Positions 18,054 through 28,155 are shown, counted from the first letter of the stretch. The stretch is DNA of 64,000 bases from Candidatus Campbellbacteria bacterium (GCA_024653945.1 JANLIT010000002.1:146508-210507), one strand, 5' to 3'. Notes: generated by a model from the letters alone, not told the origin. Translations and numbers: made by a program.

Positions 18054-18544
18054 GTACTTCTGATATGGAAATAAGAAAACCCGTTTTAAATAAAGGTATT
18101 CTGAAAAAGAAAACTTTTACGAATATTTCCGTGACGGAACTTGAGGGTGTTTTTATTGTTGGTGGTTCTTTAGAAAATCAGAATATTGAAGATATAAAAA
18201 TTGATACCAGCGCCCTAGAAGACATCTCCTTTCAATCCTCAAAAGTAAAAGATATACAATGTATTGATTCAACCCTCACAGGTGCTAACTTTGCCGGAGC
18301 TTCCTTTGAACAAACTTATTTTGAAAGAGTTTTAATAACAAAAAGTCGTTTCCAAGGGACACAGTTTATGGGGTGTGTTGTCCGTGATGTGATGATTGAG
18401 AAATCAAAGTGTGCAGATGTATCATTTAGGTTTGCAAAAATAAAAGATGTGGTTTTTCTTGGTTGTGATTTAGAAAATGCCGACTTCATGGGGGCTAGTA
18501 TGGAGAATGTTGTGTTTAAGGATTGCAGTCTTAGGAATTCATAA
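18047..18544 (+). CDS. Pentapeptide-repeat protein (interrupted by in-frame TAA at 18542-18544)
   Basis: Tandem A(D/N)LxG-type repeats. After the TAA the same frame continues for 49 more repeat-like codons (FSQTKLKNISFKDADIEG...) to a TAG at 18692. Confidence 0.65.
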   Translation: MVSTSDMEIRKPVLNKGILKKKTFTNISVTELEGVFIVGGSLENQNIEDIKIDTSALEDISFQSSKVKDIQCIDSTLTGANFAGASFEQTYFERVLITKSRFQGTQFMGCVVRDVMIEKSKCADVSFRFAKIKDVVFLGCDLENADFMGASMENVVFKDCSLRNS

Positions 18545-18811
18545 TTTTCCCAAACAAAATTAAAAAACATTAGTTTTAAAGACGCAGATATTGAAGGAAT
18601 TGTGATAGACAAAAACTCACTCAACAGTATTACTGTCAATACGGGGCAGGCCCTATATCTTGCCACACTATTGGGGTTTAAAATTGAAAATTAGGTCTAA
18701 AAAATTTATTTTTTTAAAACATTGCTCTTACTGGTAATTAGGAATACTATCCTCACCAGAAGAAATTGTTCCTCGTCAGCTTCACCCCACCACCAACCTA
18801 GGAGACGTGAC

Positions 18812-19498
18812 ATGAGCGTGAGTGAGAAGGTTATCGTAGCCACAGACGAGCTTCCTCTCGGTGCGTGCTTGGATTTGGCGCGCGCCATCGGGCAACAGGT
18901 CTATGCGTTCAAGGTTCACAACCTGTACGATATGGACCCGTCCATCGTCACCCAGCTTCACAAGGCAGGTGCGCGACGCGTCTGGGTTGACGCGAAACTT
19001 CACGACATCCCGAACACGGTCAGGCTTCGTGCTCAGGCATTCGCCGACGCAGGTGCAGACATCATCACGGTGCATGCATCGGGTGGTATCGAAATGATGA
19101 TGGCCGCACTTCAGAGCGGTATTCCCGAGATCTTTGCGATTACGGTTCTCACCTCTCTCTCGGAAGAGGAGACGCATCTATTACATGGGCAGCCGTCCAA
19201 GGCGGCAGTGCTCTACCTCGCGCGCATGGCCAAGCTTGCCGGCATGCAAGGTGTTGTCTGTTCGCCGAAGGAAGTCGGCATTCTCTCCAAACGTCCCGAG
19301 CTCAAAGGTCTCACTCTCGTGACGCCGGGAGTTCGTTCCGTCGGTAAGGATGCCGGCGACCAACAGCGTGTTGATACGCCCCTCGCGGCACTCAACGCCG
19401 GTGCGTCCTACCTCGTTGTGGGTCGCCAACTCACAAAGGCGCCCGATCCTGTCGCCGCTCTCGCCCAGCTCGAAGAAGAGATCGCCGAGGTAATCTGA
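18812..19498 (+). CDS. pyrF: Orotidine 5'-phosphate decarboxylase
   Basis: VIVATDE, DAKLHDIPNTV (the D-x-K-x-x-D-I-P-x-T signature), VHASGG. AGGAGACG SD. GC content is clearly higher than the window average. Confidence 0.8.
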   Translation: MSVSEKVIVATDELPLGACLDLARAIGQQVYAFKVHNLYDMDPSIVTQLHKAGARRVWVDAKLHDIPNTVRLRAQAFADAGADIITVHASGGIEMMMAALQSGIPEIFAITVLTSLSEEETHLLHGQPSKAAVLYLARMAKLAGMQGVVCSPKEVGILSKRPELKGLTLVTPGVRSVGKDAGDQQRVDTPLAALNAGASYLVVGRQLTKAPDPVAALAQLEEEIAEVI

Positions 19499-19603
19499 AG
19501 CTTTTTTGGTTCAAACCGTCCACCAACGAAAAGAAAAACCGTTGGGAGGGCGGTTTTTCTTTTTTAGACTATAAAAATAATTTTAGTCGGGTATACTTTT
19601 AGT

Positions 19604-19951
19604 ATGAACACAGTACTTCCTTTAGATGTCGTAGTACCGTTTATTGGATTTGTTCTCTTTTTTGTCGTACAAGCAACGGGCAAGACAAGCGAAAAAGCAC
19701 TAACGCTTACTGTGATATTTCTCAGCGGAGGTATTTTTGCATTGCATTACAACGTGGGTGAAATAGCACTTTTCCTACTCGGTCTTGCTTTTGGTTTGGT
19801 AATTGAGATTGGATTACGAAAACTTGGATCGCAACAGAAATGGTCACGTGCATCTCTATTTGGTATTCCATATTGGTTACCATTTGCATGGGGAATTGGA
19901 TTTGTCATTATTACTCGTGTTGGTATTTTTGTCCGCGCTTTCTTTTTGTAA
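19604..19951 (+). CDS. Hypothetical membrane protein (4 TM)
   Basis: Hydrophobic 115 aa. No recognisable family. Confidence 0.45.
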   Translation: MNTVLPLDVVVPFIGFVLFFVVQATGKTSEKALTLTVIFLSGGIFALHYNVGEIALFLLGLAFGLVIEIGLRKLGSQQKWSRASLFGIPYWLPFAWGIGFVIITRVGIFVRAFFL

Positions 19952-19958
19952 AAACACT

Positions 19959-19981
19959 GAACTTTTGCAGAACAAAAGTTC
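19959..19981. repeat. GAACTTTTG-cagaa-CAAAAGTTC palindrome (inverted-orientation copy of the pilB/pilC upstream element)
   Basis: The reverse complement region tccgtacctgaacttttgttctgcaaaagttcag matches 33494-33529 and 35436-35467. Confidence 0.65.
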
Positions 19982-20018
19982 AGGTACGGAATGAGTTTTG
20001 CTTCTCAAAAAACTCTCG

Positions 20019-20038
20019 CCTGCCTGCCGGCAGGCGGG
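20019..20038. repeat. REP-like palindrome, degenerate copy (cctgcctgccggcaggcggg)
   Basis: One mismatch relative to the 20-nt consensus. Confidence 0.6.
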
Positions 20039-20133
20039 GAGCCCGATGAGGGCGAGAGGGAGTGCTTTTTCAGTAGAAAAAGACACGTGTTTTTGGGAAG
20101 CAAAACGAATGTAGAGTTTTCCACAGCCATCCA

Positions 20134-20163
20134 TTGACAGGTGAACGACCGTTCACCTATACT
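20134..20163 (+). promoter_or_regulatory. Sigma70-like promoter (TTGACA-18-TATACT) with embedded LexA/Cheo-type box GAACGACCGTTC
   Basis: ttgacaggtgaacgaccgttcacctatact is 40 nt upstream of the small ORF that precedes lexA. GAAC-N4-GTTC is the Gram-positive-type SOS box. Confidence 0.65.
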
Positions 20164-20204
20164 TATAACCAACAAAAGGTTATAGGTAACTAACAATTAT
20201 TCAT

Positions 20205-20399
20205 ATGAAGTACCAAGACTACATACAATATATAGATAAAGAGATTGAGGCCCTTAACTGGACTATTGATGAAAAAATAATGCAAGGAATTTCGTATCGT
20301 TCTGAAGCAAAGAGACACAAAGAGCTGATACGGTGGGCACGACGCAATCGTCGTCCATCACTTTTTAAAAGACTTTCATCAGTCATGGCACTCTTTTAA
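20205..20399 (+). CDS. Small basic protein co-transcribed with lexA
   Basis: 64 aa. Its stop overlaps the lexA start (TAATG). It lies downstream of the SOS-box promoter. Confidence 0.45.
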   Translation: MKYQDYIQYIDKEIEALNWTIDEKIMQGISYRSEAKRHKELIRWARRNRRPSLFKRLSSVMALF

Positions 20400-20971
20400 T
20401 GCTTACCGAGTACACACAAAAACTTCATTCGTTTTATGAAAAGAATAAACGAATGCCAACGTATACAGAGATGGCGAAGCTTTTCGGTTTTAAATCTAAA
20501 AACGCAGTTTTTAAAGTTGTTGAAAAACTTGTTGAAGCGGGTGCAGTAACCAAAGATTATCTCGGACGTCTCACACCAACAATGCTCTTTGGTGAAGTAA
20601 AAATGCTCGGCTTCATTGAGGCGGGTATTCCGTCACCAACAGAAGAACACGAATTTGATTCTCTTACGCTTGATGAGTGGCTCATCAACGATCACAATGC
20701 GACATTCATTCTTAAGGTAAAAGGGGACTCCATGGTGGACGCGGGAATTTTTGAAGGAGATTTCGTACTTGTTGAACGCACCGACACATGGAAGGTGGGG
20801 AATATTGTGGTTGCTGACATTGATGGGTTGTGGACACTCAAATATTTACGTCGTAATGCAGAGGGCTACTATCTCCAACCGGGAAACAAAAAATATCAGA
20901 ATATCTATCCCCAAGAGGAACTCAAAATTGGTGCAGTGGTCCGCTCGGTGATTCGACGGTACGAAAAATAG
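20399..20971 (+). CDS. lexA: LexA repressor
   Basis: N-terminal winged HTH, Ala-Gly-type linker, S24 peptidase domain with GDSM (catalytic Ser) and Lys (VGNIVVADIDGLWTLK). Confidence 0.85.
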   Translation: MLTEYTQKLHSFYEKNKRMPTYTEMAKLFGFKSKNAVFKVVEKLVEAGAVTKDYLGRLTPTMLFGEVKMLGFIEAGIPSPTEEHEFDSLTLDEWLINDHNATFILKVKGDSMVDAGIFEGDFVLVERTDTWKVGNIVVADIDGLWTLKYLRRNAEGYYLQPGNKKYQNIYPQEELKIGAVVRSVIRRYEK

Positions 20972-21007
20972 CCAAGCCCTCCACAAGACTCTAACAGGGT
21001 TGACACA

Positions 21008-21028
21008 GTATACCCCATGGGGGTATAC
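21008..21028. promoter_or_regulatory. CsoR-type operator (perfect palindrome GTATACCCCATGGGGGTATAC) overlapping the -10 of a TTGACA/TATACT promoter
   Basis: A GC-rich ATACCCC..GGGGTAT dyad like known CsoR operators. Sits directly upstream of csoR-copA. Confidence 0.65.
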
Positions 21029-21039
21029 TGCTTTTATAT

Positions 21040-21306
21040 ATGCATACACACATACATAAAAACGTTGAAAACCGTCTCAAACGTATTGAGGGGCAAGTTC
21101 GTGGTTTACAGAAAATGGTTGTAGAGGGTAAGTACTGTATTGATGTTATTACCCAATCATCGGCCATCAGAAATGCACTTGCCTCGGTGGAGGACTTAAT
21201 GTTGCAAAACCACTTGACGCAACACGTAGTGCACCAGATGAAACACGGCAAAGAAACGAAGGCGGCACAGGAGATTCTCAAAGTGTACAAACTCAAACGA
21301 AAATAA
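21040..21306 (+). CDS. csoR: CsoR/RcnR-family metal-sensing repressor (DUF156)
   Basis: 88 aa. [40 protein letters not shown]...H...H fits the C-H-C copper-sensing helix-bundle layout. Confidence 0.75.
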   Translation: MHTHIHKNVENRLKRIEGQVRGLQKMVVEGKYCIDVITQSSAIRNALASVEDLMLQNHLTQHVVHQMKHGKETKAAQEILKVYKLKRK

Positions 21307-21311
21307 TTTTT

Positions 21312-23669
21312 ATGGATACTACAAAAACATACAACATAAAAGGAATGCACTGTGCGTCATGCGCAGCAATTATTGAGAAAACCTTTAAGAAAACAGACGG
21401 TGTTACATCCGTACAAGTAAACTATGGCACAGAAACCGCAAAAGTTTCTTTCGATGAGTCAAAAACAAACCCAACAGATCTTTCAAAGAAGATAGAGCCA
21501 CTCGGATACTCTCTACGCTTGCCAGATAGCCCGAGTGTGAAAGAAACGAGTCCCGTTAGAGGCCGCGAAGACATGGAGCGGTCTTCTGACTCTAATGGGA
21601 TGGGAATGTCTGAGGATGAACATTCGGCACATCTCGGTCTTAATCAATCCAAAAAAGAGAAATTGGCAGAACTGGCTGACATGAAAAGTAAAATTATTTC
21701 AGTTATTCCACTTACCATCATCAGTACCATCATTTTAGTGTGGGATATTGTTGCGCGATTTAACTCAGGCGCCGCAATGCCGGAGTTTTGGAGTGAATTC
21801 TTTCACCACCTACTTCCTATAATGGCGACCTATACACTTTTTGTTGTAGGACAGCCATATCTTCTTGGTTTTTACAGATTTCTTCGTTATGGCAAAGCAA
21901 ACATGGATACGCTTATCGGTATTGGTACGTCCGTGGCGTTCCTCTACAGTTTTATTGTTACTGCGTTTGAAGAAACATTACGACCATTCATTAATGTAGA
22001 TAATACGTACTATGACGTTACCATTATTGTTATTGCCTTCATTGCATTTGGTAAATATCTTGAGGCGCGTTCAAAATTAAAGACAGGAGATGCGATTGAA
22101 AAACTTCTCAATTTGCAGGCAAAAACAGCACTCGTGATTCGTGATGGAAAAGAAATAGAGATTCCGGTGAATGAGGTGAAACACGGAGACGTACTTGTCG
22201 TAAAACCCGGCGCAAAAATTCCTGTTGACGGGACAATCATGGAAGGCTCTTCGTTTGTGGACGAGTCCATGGTGACAGGAGAGCCGATGCCTGCACAGAA
22301 AAAAGTGGGGGATAGTGTTGTTGCTGGAACCATTAATACCACAGGTTCATTTACATTCACCGCAACAAAAGTTGGCTCGGAGACACTGCTTGCTCAGATT
22401 ATTCACATGGTTGAAGAGGCACAGGGAAGCAAGGCACCGATTCAGGCACTCGCAGATAAGATATCTGGTGTCTTTGTCCCAATTGTGCTCGTTATTGCCT
22501 TCGTAACTCTGGGTACATGGCTTCTTGTGGGGACACAATACCTCGGATTCTCACAAGCACTTTCATTTGGGCTCGTGTCGTTCGTGGGAATTTTGGTGAT
22601 TGCGTGTCCGTGCGCACTAGGGCTCGCAACGCCGACGGCAATTATCGTTGGAGTGGGCAAAGGTGCAAAAGAAGGTATTCTTATTAAAGATGCAGCAACA
22701 TTAGAGAAATTACATAAGGTGGATACGGTTATTGTGGACAAAACAGGAACCATCACCATTGGAAAACCAACACTTGTTGATATTCAGAATTTCTCAAAAA
22801 TGTCAGATGATGAACTTGTATCACTTCTTGCATCACTTGAGAAAAAATCAGAACATCCTATTGCACACGCAATTGTGTCGTATGTACAAGATAAGGCTAT
22901 TAGTGTTGAAGATGCTTCAAATTTTGAAGGAATTCAAGGAAAGGGTGTGACGGCAACGGTCAAAGGAATTCAGTACTATGCGGGAAATGTAAAATTGATT
23001 TCAGACCTCGGCACTTCTTTTGATGCTTCAAAAATTGAAACGTTTACCGCGCAAGGAAAAACTCCAGTTATTCTTGCGACGAAAGAGAGCGTTCTCGGGT
23101 TTGTTATGGTTGCTGATGAAATAAAAATAGAATCAAAACAGGCAATTGCAGATCTTCACAAACTCGGAATCAAAGTGGTGATGCTCACCGGAGATGATGA
23201 GAAGGCGGCGAAATACATGGCATCTCTTGTTGGTATTGATGACGTGGTAGCACATGTGTTGCCACAGGACAAGTTGGCAAAAATAAAAGAATTGCAGTCG
23301 CGGGGACGTATTGTTGCTATGGCAGGAGATGGAGTGAATGACGCACCGGCACTTGCTCAAGCGGATGTTGGTATTGCGATGGGTACAGGAACTGATGTTG
23401 CCATAGAATCAGCAGGCATTACGCTTCTTGGTGGAGATATCTCAAAGCTAGTGAAAGCAATTAAGCTTTCAAAGATGACCATGTGGGGAATCAAGCAAAA
23501 CTTGTTCTGGGCGTTTATTTACAACATCGTTGGTATTCCACTTGCTGCAGGAGTATTTTATCCAGTTTTTGGATGGCTACTCTCTCCGGTGTTTGCTGGT
23601 TTTGCGATGGCAATGTCTTCAGTGTCTGTGGTATCAAATTCCTTACGAATTAAAACTAAAAAATTATAA
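21312..23669 (+). CDS. copA: Copper-translocating P1B-type ATPase
   Basis: N-terminal HMA ([12 protein letters not shown]), CPC in TM6 ([12 protein letters not shown]), DKTGTIT phosphorylation site, [10 protein letters not shown]. Confidence 0.9.
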   Translation: MDTTKTYNIKGMHCASCAAIIEKTFKKTDGVTSVQVNYGTETAKVSFDESKTNPTDLSKKIEPLGYSLRLPDSPSVKETSPVRGREDMERSSDSNGMGMSEDEHSAHLGLNQSKKEKLAELADMKSKIISVIPLTIISTIILVWDIVARFNSGAAMPEFWSEFFHHLLPIMATYTLFVVGQPYLLGFYRFLRYGKANMDTLIGIGTSVAFLYSFIVTAFEETLRPFINVDNTYYDVTIIVIAFIAFGKYLEARSKLKTGDAIEKLLNLQAKTALVIRDGKEIEIPVNEVKHGDVLVVKPGAKIPVDGTIMEGSSFVDESMVTGEPMPAQKKVGDSVVAGTINTTGSFTFTATKVGSETLLAQIIHMVEEAQGSKAPIQALADKISGVFVPIVLVIAFVTLGTWLLVGTQYLGFSQALSFGLVSFVGILVIACPCALGLATPTAIIVGVGKGAKEGILIKDAATLEKLHKVDTVIVDKTGTITIGKPTLVDIQNFSKMSDDELVSLLASLEKKSEHPIAHAIVSYVQDKAISVEDASNFEGIQGKGVTATVKGIQYYAGNVKLISDLGTSFDASKIETFTAQGKTPVILATKESVLGFVMVADEIKIESKQAIADLHKLGIKVVMLTGDDEKAAKYMASLVGIDDVVAHVLPQDKLAKIKELQSRGRIVAMAGDGVNDAPALAQADVGIAMGTGTDVAIESAGITLLGGDISKLVKAIKLSKMTMWGIKQNLFWAFIYNIVGIPLAAGVFYPVFGWLLSPVFAGFAMAMSSVSVVSNSLRIKTKKL

Positions 23670-23682
23670 GTAATTAAAAAAT

Positions 23683-24306
23683 ATGAATAATAAAATTATT
23701 TTTGGAATCGGAGGAATCATTGCCGGCCTCCTGCTGGCGTTCATTCTTACACCTGGGGGTTTTTTCGGGTACCGTACCGCAGGATTTAGAATGATGGGCT
23801 TTGATACTGAAGGCGTAGGGAATACCCAAGTGATGAATGGTATTGATAGACATTTTATTGAACAGATGATACCGCACCACGAGGGAGCCATAGCAATGGC
23901 TACCCTTGCACTACAAAAGGCAGTGCATCCAGAAATTAAAACATTGGCGCAGGCAATCCTTGTGGCCCAAACAAAAGAAAATGTAGATATGAGAGTATGG
24001 TACGGAGAGTGGTTCGGTACAGATGCCCCCGAGAACACCCTTTCCATGATGGGGGGGATGATGTCACAAAGAGGAATGCATATGGGTGGGCAGGAAGATA
24101 TAAACAAACTGAACACTGCCGCAGATTTTGACAAGGAGTTTATTGAACAGATGATACCGCACCACCAAATGGCAATTATGATGGCACAGATGCTAAAAGC
24201 TGGGACCAGCAGACTGGAAATGTTAACTCTTGCAAATAATATTACCGAATCGCAGTCAAAAGAAATAGAACAAATGGAAAGTTGGTATAAGAGTTGGTAT
24301 AAGTAA
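23683..24306 (+). CDS. DUF305-family protein (copper-resistance associated, two repeats)
   Basis: Signal/TM followed by two FIEQMIPHH..AI.MA repeats. Confidence 0.7.
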   Translation: MNNKIIFGIGGIIAGLLLAFILTPGGFFGYRTAGFRMMGFDTEGVGNTQVMNGIDRHFIEQMIPHHEGAIAMATLALQKAVHPEIKTLAQAILVAQTKENVDMRVWYGEWFGTDAPENTLSMMGGMMSQRGMHMGGQEDINKLNTAADFDKEFIEQMIPHHQMAIMMAQMLKAGTSRLEMLTLANNITESQSKEIEQMESWYKSWYK

Positions 24307-24349
24307 AATTATATAAGTTAAGATTATTAGATTAATTAAAGAACTTATT

Positions 24350-24571
24350 ATGAAACTATCTAAATTAATGCATGTCGTCAGTGTTATCGTGGGGTTTGTC
24401 GGAATCATAGTGTTTGCAGGTGCCATTCTAGGTGGGTCGGATAATTTGGTTTTTGGAATTACAAAAGTGGGTGCTCTACTCTGTGCCGGAATTCTTATTC
24501 TTATAGCAATTTGGTTTGCGATTGCAACAATTCATCACACGATGCTTGAGAAGCGAGGAGGAATTGTTTAA
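24350..24571 (+). CDS. Small membrane protein (2 TM)
   Basis: 73 aa, hydrophobic. Confidence 0.4.
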   Translation: MKLSKLMHVVSVIVGFVGIIVFAGAILGGSDNLVFGITKVGALLCAGILILIAIWFAIATIHHTMLEKRGGIV

Positions 24572-24589
24572 TAGATTAATAAAAATTAT

Positions 24590-24853
24590 ATGGAACTATC
24601 ATTAAAAAAATATGGTTGGAAATGTGTACTTGGCTCGGAGGTTATCTACGTTATTTGTCTTCTTGGGGGGTATATTCCATGGCGTTCAGAAGTAGCCACC
24701 GAATTACACCACCGTTTGTTTGAAACTCTCCCCGGTTTTGTGTGGGGAAATTCTAGCAGTATTGTTCTTGGTGCGGTGTATATGTTTGTCTTTGCTTGGA
24801 TATTTGGGAGTTATATGGTCTGGATGCACAATTCAAGTTTAAAGAAGAGCTAG
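24590..24853 (+). CDS. Small membrane protein
   Basis: 87 aa, two hydrophobic segments. Confidence 0.4.
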   Translation: MELSLKKYGWKCVLGSEVIYVICLLGGYIPWRSEVATELHHRLFETLPGFVWGNSSSIVLGAVYMFVFAWIFGSYMVWMHNSSLKKS

Positions 24854-24870
24854 AGTACCCGCTTGACTAC

Positions 24871-24889
24871 TATACCCCGTGGGGGTATA
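24871..24889. promoter_or_regulatory. Second CsoR-type operator (TATACCCCGTGGGGGTATA) within a TTGACT/TATAAT promoter
   Basis: cttgactactataccccgtgggggtataatg has 8-bp arms identical to the csoR operator. Confidence 0.6.
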
Positions 24890-24912
24890 ATGAACTTCAA
24901 TATGAATATGAA

Positions 24913-25332
24913 ATGAATATGAATTCTCTGTTTAAAAAAAATATAGCCATCATTGTTCTGGTAGTATTTTCAATGCTGGTTCTTTTCAGTTTTGGTGTGG
25001 TGGCACATGAGTCGGGGAAACAAATGACGGGCGACTGCCCCTTCTCAACGGCGGGAGCCACCATTTGTCCACAAGATGTACTTTCGGTGGCCATTCACCA
25101 CATCTCTGCGTATAATTCGTTTTTTAATGTACCAACAAGTTTTGGATTGACCGCACTCATTATTTCTGTGTTGTCGGTAATCGCCACTCTGTTTGTTATT
25201 TCCCCGCGGTTACAGCTACCGAGTCGATTGGTTTTTGCCCATACTGTACACACCTCTCCCACAGTCAATTCATATACTAGGAAAATAATTCAGTGGCTGT
25301 CTCTTTTTGAAAATAGCCCCTCCCGCACCTAA
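24913..25332 (+). CDS. Hypothetical membrane protein downstream of the second CsoR box
   Basis: MNMNSLFKKNIAIIVLVVFSMLVLFSFGVVAHE...CPFSTAGATICPQD. The upstream part of the ORF track entry overlaps the promoter and was trimmed. Confidence 0.45.
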   Translation: MNMNSLFKKNIAIIVLVVFSMLVLFSFGVVAHESGKQMTGDCPFSTAGATICPQDVLSVAIHHISAYNSFFNVPTSFGLTALIISVLSVIATLFVISPRLQLPSRLVFAHTVHTSPTVNSYTRKIIQWLSLFENSPSRT

Positions 25333-25430
25333 AAGCACTTAAAAAGTCTAGCTTTTTAAGTGCTTTCGACTCGCGCATGCATCGCGGGTTTTTGTATTAC
25401 AAAATACTACTCACTTCTAATCTACAAATT

Positions 25431-25946
25431 ATGAAACCACAAACAGTTATTATCACAGTCCTTGCATTCGCCACTGTTATAGGTCTTCTTGTTGTCGGCT
25501 ATAACAAAAACGGAAACGCAGCAGCATCTGTACAAGGTGTGTCAGCGGTTACAGGAGAAAGTGGACTCACTGTGTCTGAAACCCTCTATGATTTTGGCAC
25601 AATATCCATGAAAAATGGAAACGTAACAAAAGATTTCACACTTACTAACCCGACCGATGCAGATATTATGGTTGGTCGTGTTGAAACGTCATGTATGTGT
25701 ACAGCTGCATATATTGTTGAACCGGATGGAACCAACAAGGGACCGTTTGGTATGCCGGGACACGGAGGTGCGGTTCCTCCAGCAAATGAAATAATCCCAG
25801 CAGGAGAAAGTCGCATCATTCGTGTTGTGTATGACCCAAATGCTCACGGTCCAGCAGGTGTTGGAAAAATTGACCGTTTCATTACCATCACAGATTCTGC
25901 AAACCAATCTATTCGTATTGAAGTTAAAGCTGTAGTAACCCCATAG
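25431..25946 (+). CDS. DUF1573-like secreted protein
   Basis: Signal anchor followed by FGTISMKNGNVTKDFTLTN...VETSCMCTAA, which resembles the DUF1573 S-C-x-C-T motif. Confidence 0.45.
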   Translation: MKPQTVIITVLAFATVIGLLVVGYNKNGNAAASVQGVSAVTGESGLTVSETLYDFGTISMKNGNVTKDFTLTNPTDADIMVGRVETSCMCTAAYIVEPDGTNKGPFGMPGHGGAVPPANEIIPAGESRIIRVVYDPNAHGPAGVGKIDRFITITDSANQSIRIEVKAVVTP

Positions 25947-25950
25947 TCAT

Positions 25951-26730
25951 ATGAAAAAACTTATTATTAGTATTGGGGTGGTGCTCATCGCACTTAGTGC
26001 GGTTGTTGTTCTGAAGTACAGTCCCGGATTCTCAACATTCCTATGGAACGCGAGCAATGGCGGTGTCTGGCTCCTGCCTCTTGTTGGTTTTTCGGCGCTT
26101 CTTGACAGTGTGCATCCGTGCTCATTCTCGATTTTGCTCATCACTATTGCGTTTCTCTTTGGTCTACAAATGACCAGAAAGAAAATTCTCCAGATTGGTG
26201 GATTCTACATTGCTGGAATCTTTGCCGCGTACTTTACGATTGGCATCGGTATCTTGAAGGTCATCCACATCTTCAATGTGCCGCACTTTATGGGGAAACT
26301 TGGGGCAGCGCTCCTTATTATCTTCGGAATACTCAACCTCCTCGGCGCGCTCTTTCCGAAGTTCCCTATAAAACTCAAACTTCCTGACGCTGCGCACGGG
26401 GCGATGAGTAAACTTATTAACACCGTCTCCGTGCCAGCAGTGTTTGCTCTCGGATTACTAGTTGGACTCTGTCAGTTTCCATGTATGGGTGGTCCGTACC
26501 TTATGGTTATTGGTCTTCTGCATGACCAAGTTACCTACTTCTCAGGTCTTGGATATCTCCTCCTCTACAATGTGATTCTCGTTGTACCACTTGTAGCGAC
26601 CCTTTGGATTGCTGCAAATCCAACACTTATCGACAAAATTATGCTGTGGAAAAAAACCCAAATGAAAGACGTTCATCTGTGGGCGGGTATTGCAATGATT
26701 ATTATCGGCATCCTAGTACTTTTCATCTAA
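25951..26730 (+). CDS. ccdA: CcdA/DsbD-family thiol:disulfide transporter
   Basis: 6-8 TM. Conserved Cys in TM1 (VHPCSFS) and TM4 (CQFPCMGGP). Confidence 0.65.
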   Translation: MKKLIISIGVVLIALSAVVVLKYSPGFSTFLWNASNGGVWLLPLVGFSALLDSVHPCSFSILLITIAFLFGLQMTRKKILQIGGFYIAGIFAAYFTIGIGILKVIHIFNVPHFMGKLGAALLIIFGILNLLGALFPKFPIKLKLPDAAHGAMSKLINTVSVPAVFALGLLVGLCQFPCMGGPYLMVIGLLHDQVTYFSGLGYLLLYNVILVVPLVATLWIAANPTLIDKIMLWKKTQMKDVHLWAGIAMIIIGILVLFI

Positions 26731-26731
26731 T

Positions 26732-27121
26732 ATGACATTTCTCAAGAAAGTCTGTCCGGTGTGCACGCTCGTAGCTCTCACATGGCTTTCAATGTTTGTG
26801 TTCAAGGTACTTGGGTATGCCGTTAATAATGAGCTCCTTGCGATGCTCATGGGCGGTAGTGTGGTTGGTATCTCGTACACACTTGCCGCACGACTGCGAC
26901 CTGTCTTTCATAAACCAGTGACGATGTATTGGAAGCTCATTACAATCCCTCTCGGGTTTATAGCCATGTATGCGACTTTACAGTTTATGTGGTGGTATAC
27001 CGTCGGGGCAGTAGGTATATACGCTCTTGTGTGGGCGGTTTTCAACGGTATGTTTACCGCAACGGAGAAGGGGGAACATTTAGAAGACATTACTAAAGCA
27101 TTAGATACGTGTTGTGAATAA
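26732..27121 (+). CDS. Hypothetical membrane protein with CPVC motif
   Basis: 129 aa, 4 TM. N-terminal CPVC and C-terminal CC. Confidence 0.4.
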   Translation: MTFLKKVCPVCTLVALTWLSMFVFKVLGYAVNNELLAMLMGGSVVGISYTLAARLRPVFHKPVTMYWKLITIPLGFIAMYATLQFMWWYTVGAVGIYALVWAVFNGMFTATEKGEHLEDITKALDTCCE

Positions 27122-28070
27122 TTATATGGAAGAAACAAAATACACAGAAGAAACTATAGTAAACAATCCAGCACCTCGCAGTGGTTCAAATCCAATACCA
27201 CTCGCAATTCTTGTTGCTGGAGTTCTTATCGCTGGTGCAATGTGGTTCAGAGGTACTGGTGGAGTGGGTCAACTTCAGGCGACAGGTGACAAAGAAGTAA
27301 ACAGTCAAGTGTTGGCTTTTGAAGAGTCAATTATTCCATCGGAAGGTGTTGTCTTACCAGCAACGTGGGGTGATCTTGGAGCAAAACTTGTCAGTGTTGG
27401 TGCAATTGATGTTGAAAAATTAAAGACAACCTATGATCAGAGGGGCGCACTTCCAGAGGGATTTAATAAACTTCTCCTTGAACAAAACAATGGCAAGTTA
27501 AAAATAACTCGTGAGAATTCCGCCTATCTTCTCAATCTCTTATGGGCGCTCGGGCTTGCAAGCGATAATTCTATTTTGGAATCAGGAGAAATGTCTGACC
27601 CGAAGTATGGTGGTGCACAAAACTTTACTTCAACCGCTGGTTGGACAATTGCACAAGGTAACCCAATGGACCACTACAGCAAACATAGATTCTTCAATCT
27701 CACACCAGAGCAACAGGCACTCGTAGACAAAGTATCGCGGGGCATATTCCGTCCATGCTGTGGAAACTCCACACATTTTCCTGACTGCAATCACGGCATG
27801 GCGATGCTCGGCCTTCTTGAACTGATGGCATCACAAGGTGTGAGTGAAGAAGACATGTACAAAGCAGCTCTTGCAGTCAATTCGTACTGGTTTCCTGATA
27901 CCTATCGTACCATTGCGACATACATGAAAAACAAAGGTATCGCATGGGCGAATGTGTCTCCATCAGAAGTGCTTGGTGCACAATACTCGAGTGGTACGGG
28001 ATACGCAAAAATTAAGGCACAAGTTACACAACCACAACAGCAACAAGGTGGAGGTGGGTGTAGTGTGTAG
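27114..28070 (+). CDS. Hypothetical membrane-anchored protein with CCGNSTHFPDCNHG motif
   Basis: 318 aa, one N-terminal TM, C-terminal Gly run. Possible metal-binding Cys/His cluster. Confidence 0.45.
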   Translation: MNNYMEETKYTEETIVNNPAPRSGSNPIPLAILVAGVLIAGAMWFRGTGGVGQLQATGDKEVNSQVLAFEESIIPSEGVVLPATWGDLGAKLVSVGAIDVEKLKTTYDQRGALPEGFNKLLLEQNNGKLKITRENSAYLLNLLWALGLASDNSILESGEMSDPKYGGAQNFTSTAGWTIAQGNPMDHYSKHRFFNLTPEQQALVDKVSRGIFRPCCGNSTHFPDCNHGMAMLGLLELMASQGVSEEDMYKAALAVNSYWFPDTYRTIATYMKNKGIAWANVSPSEVLGAQYSSGTGYAKIKAQVTQPQQQQGGGGCSV

Positions 28071-28155
28071 TTTGCTTAAAAAGCAACCATTGCACGTTGT
28101 AAAAAGTTGGATATCCAACAAAAACTTCTTACCAATAATATAGTGCTCTATACCT

